DNA of 64,000 nucleotides from Massalongia carnosa (taxonomy: Eukaryota), in NCBI GenBank assembly GCA_965645245.1, contig OZ287087.1, positions 1,550,001 through 1,614,000 of the forward strand, in the 5' to 3' direction. The notes beneath the pieces are model-generated. The model was not told the origin of the DNA. It searched no databases and saw only the letters and a program-made list of their open reading frames with translations. Every line of letters begins with the position of its first letter. Positions within the stretch are counted from its first letter, which is position 1. Position numbers and translations under genes: made by a program. Below are positions 62,308 through 64,000 of this stretch, piece after piece.

Positions 62308-63148
62308 ATGTATTGCCGGTCGTACAAACTTACTGGGGATAATTAGTTGTCAAAAGCACCAAGTGAGAAAGAAGGCGTTGACTTGAGTTTGATATATGAT
62401 TACGTGGCGCAAGTTCAGCTGAGATGCTTCGGTAAGGCAGACAACACAGTCTGGGAAGTCAATCAATCGACTTATGATTACGGAAACTTCGAAGTCTTGA
62501 TGAACTGGAAGTATATTCCCCAAACTCGGCCCAATATTGCGATGGAGCACGAGGAGATAGACAAGCTTCTACACTGGCTTCTTGGGAAGGCAAATTGATG
62601 ATAGCAAACTCTTGTCATCTGAAGTAAGGGTAATGTTTTGGCTAAACTTTCCACAGATCGATTGTGGGTTAATTATATTTCCTATTCTTGAAAATGAAAG
62701 GATCCTGCCAAAGTTAGCATGTAAAGGAACACGTAGCTTTGAGAATGGTTGTCACATTAGTCTTTCGCTAGCCCTTCTCTCGCAAGCACTTGAAAGTCGC
62801 TGATAGTTACTTCGAGATTTGGGTGAGTGTCGACTGCTTAAAAGTATAAATTATGAGTAATCGTGCCAAAACACTAAACCCCAACCGAGTCTAGACCCTG
62901 ACTCGGCACGATTATTCTATTTTACCTTATCCGTGCCCGCTCGGTCGGCCTCGCTTAGCCGGCCTAGCGGGCACGGATACATGATTAAACATGGTAAATC
63001 CACTTTTTAGCTAGCACTAGAAATTGCATTCGTTACCCATGCAAGCCCTCAATAGTCATTGTAATCACGTAGAATTGCTCCCCGACTCTGTAGCTATCTT
63101 GGCCGAAAGTTATATCGTCCCTTCTGTTGTGGCTGCATTGTGGCAACC

Positions 63149-64000
63149 ATGGGGAGCTCTTTTGTCGTGCCAAACGACGCCCCCCCCGATTCAATAGACG
63201 AGCATCGTCACTTCCTCACCAATGCTTAATAACTTAACTAACTGCGAGGCATATCAGAAGCAAAGACCTATGAAGGTTCAGTCTTACACCCTGCTACTCT
63301 CCAGTATGCTCAGCCTACTGGAGAAGATGCGCAACCAGCCCACGATGGATCAGCTCCAAGCTACCATCAACCAAATAAAGAACACTACAGAGCAAACGCT
63401 CACGAAAGTCACCTATGTCGAGCGCAAGCAAGACACCGCCCACACAACACCCACTACCTCCTCCGCGGCCACTACTGGCTACAAGAGGACGATGACCTGG
63501 GCAGAACGGGCAGCCTTTGCTGCCTCGGCCCCAACGATCTCTACGCTTTCGGGGACGTCCATCCCTGCTCCTATACTAGAAGAGAAAGCTCGTGAAATCG
63601 ACGTCAAACTGAACAACGAAGCCATAGCAAAGGATCTGGCCAAACTGGCCTTCTTAGCGCTCAAAGACAGAATCAACGCGGCAATATCTAATGCGTTAAA
63701 GGATCATAACAACACGAGAATTCCGACCAATCAAAACGTTCCCTCCCCCCCTATTTCCAATGGCACAGCCACGGCAGCAGCCGTAGCAATAGCAGCAAGG
63801 GTCCTCCCTAGCGGAGACCTACAGGTAATAGTCAACAACGCCTCAGACACGGAACGCCTAAGAAAAGACACCCGATGGGCCATCAGGCTATCGAGCAAAG
63901 CTACTATAATACAGCCAAGCTTCGGCTTAATCGCGCACTTTGTACCGGCTAATCTAAGCATGAAAGACATCAAGGAACGCCTCTGGGAGGAAAATAAGTC
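63149..64000 (+). mobile_element. Tad1-like LINE ORF1 (gag-like), runs off the window
   Basis: Open frame from 63270: TWAERAA, AREIDVKL, AARVLPSGDL, W..LSSKATII.PSFGLIAHFVP; degenerate 5' part from 63149. Absent from the ORF track because it has no stop in the window. Confidence 0.75.

Noticed and set aside
55715..62959. GTCGGCCTCGCTTAGC repeated at ~55715 and ~62944 as element boundaries around the NLR
   Set aside because: One exact match of this length in 64 kb is plausible by chance, and there is no further flanking similarity.
63225..63250. Third copy of the 48-bp repeat (TAACTGCGAGG)
   Set aside because: Only about 11 bp match, inside degenerate LINE ORF1 coding sequence; compatible with chance.

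Overview
Transposon-dense accessory region of a filamentous ascomycete genome (GT-AG introns, RIP-like C-to-T/G-to-A stop codons). In order: a Ty3 chromovirus lacking its 5' LTR; a convergent RecQ-like helicase plus DDE-type transposase pair (AcademH-like); and a 12.6-kb segment bounded by 13-bp inverted repeats and 48-bp direct repeats with dyad symmetry. That segment carries a kinase-WD40 gene and a deep Tc1 > MULE-like > Tc1 > Copia > solo-LTR nest. Then come truncated Tc1, hAT and pogo elements, an NLR hydrolase fragment, and an apparently intact Ty3 with a -1 frameshift site and an extra third ORF. The third ORF is interrupted by a TRIM, which is itself hit by a piggyBac-family element with a non-TTAA target. 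The window ends with a truncated Copia, a GC-rich CryptonF tyrosine recombinase pseudogene, a FunK1 kinase, a NACHT-ankyrin NLR and the start of a Tad1-like LINE. The recognisable non-TE genes are all kinase or NLR-like (non-self recognition) types. All calls are by eye from motifs and repeats; no searches were run.
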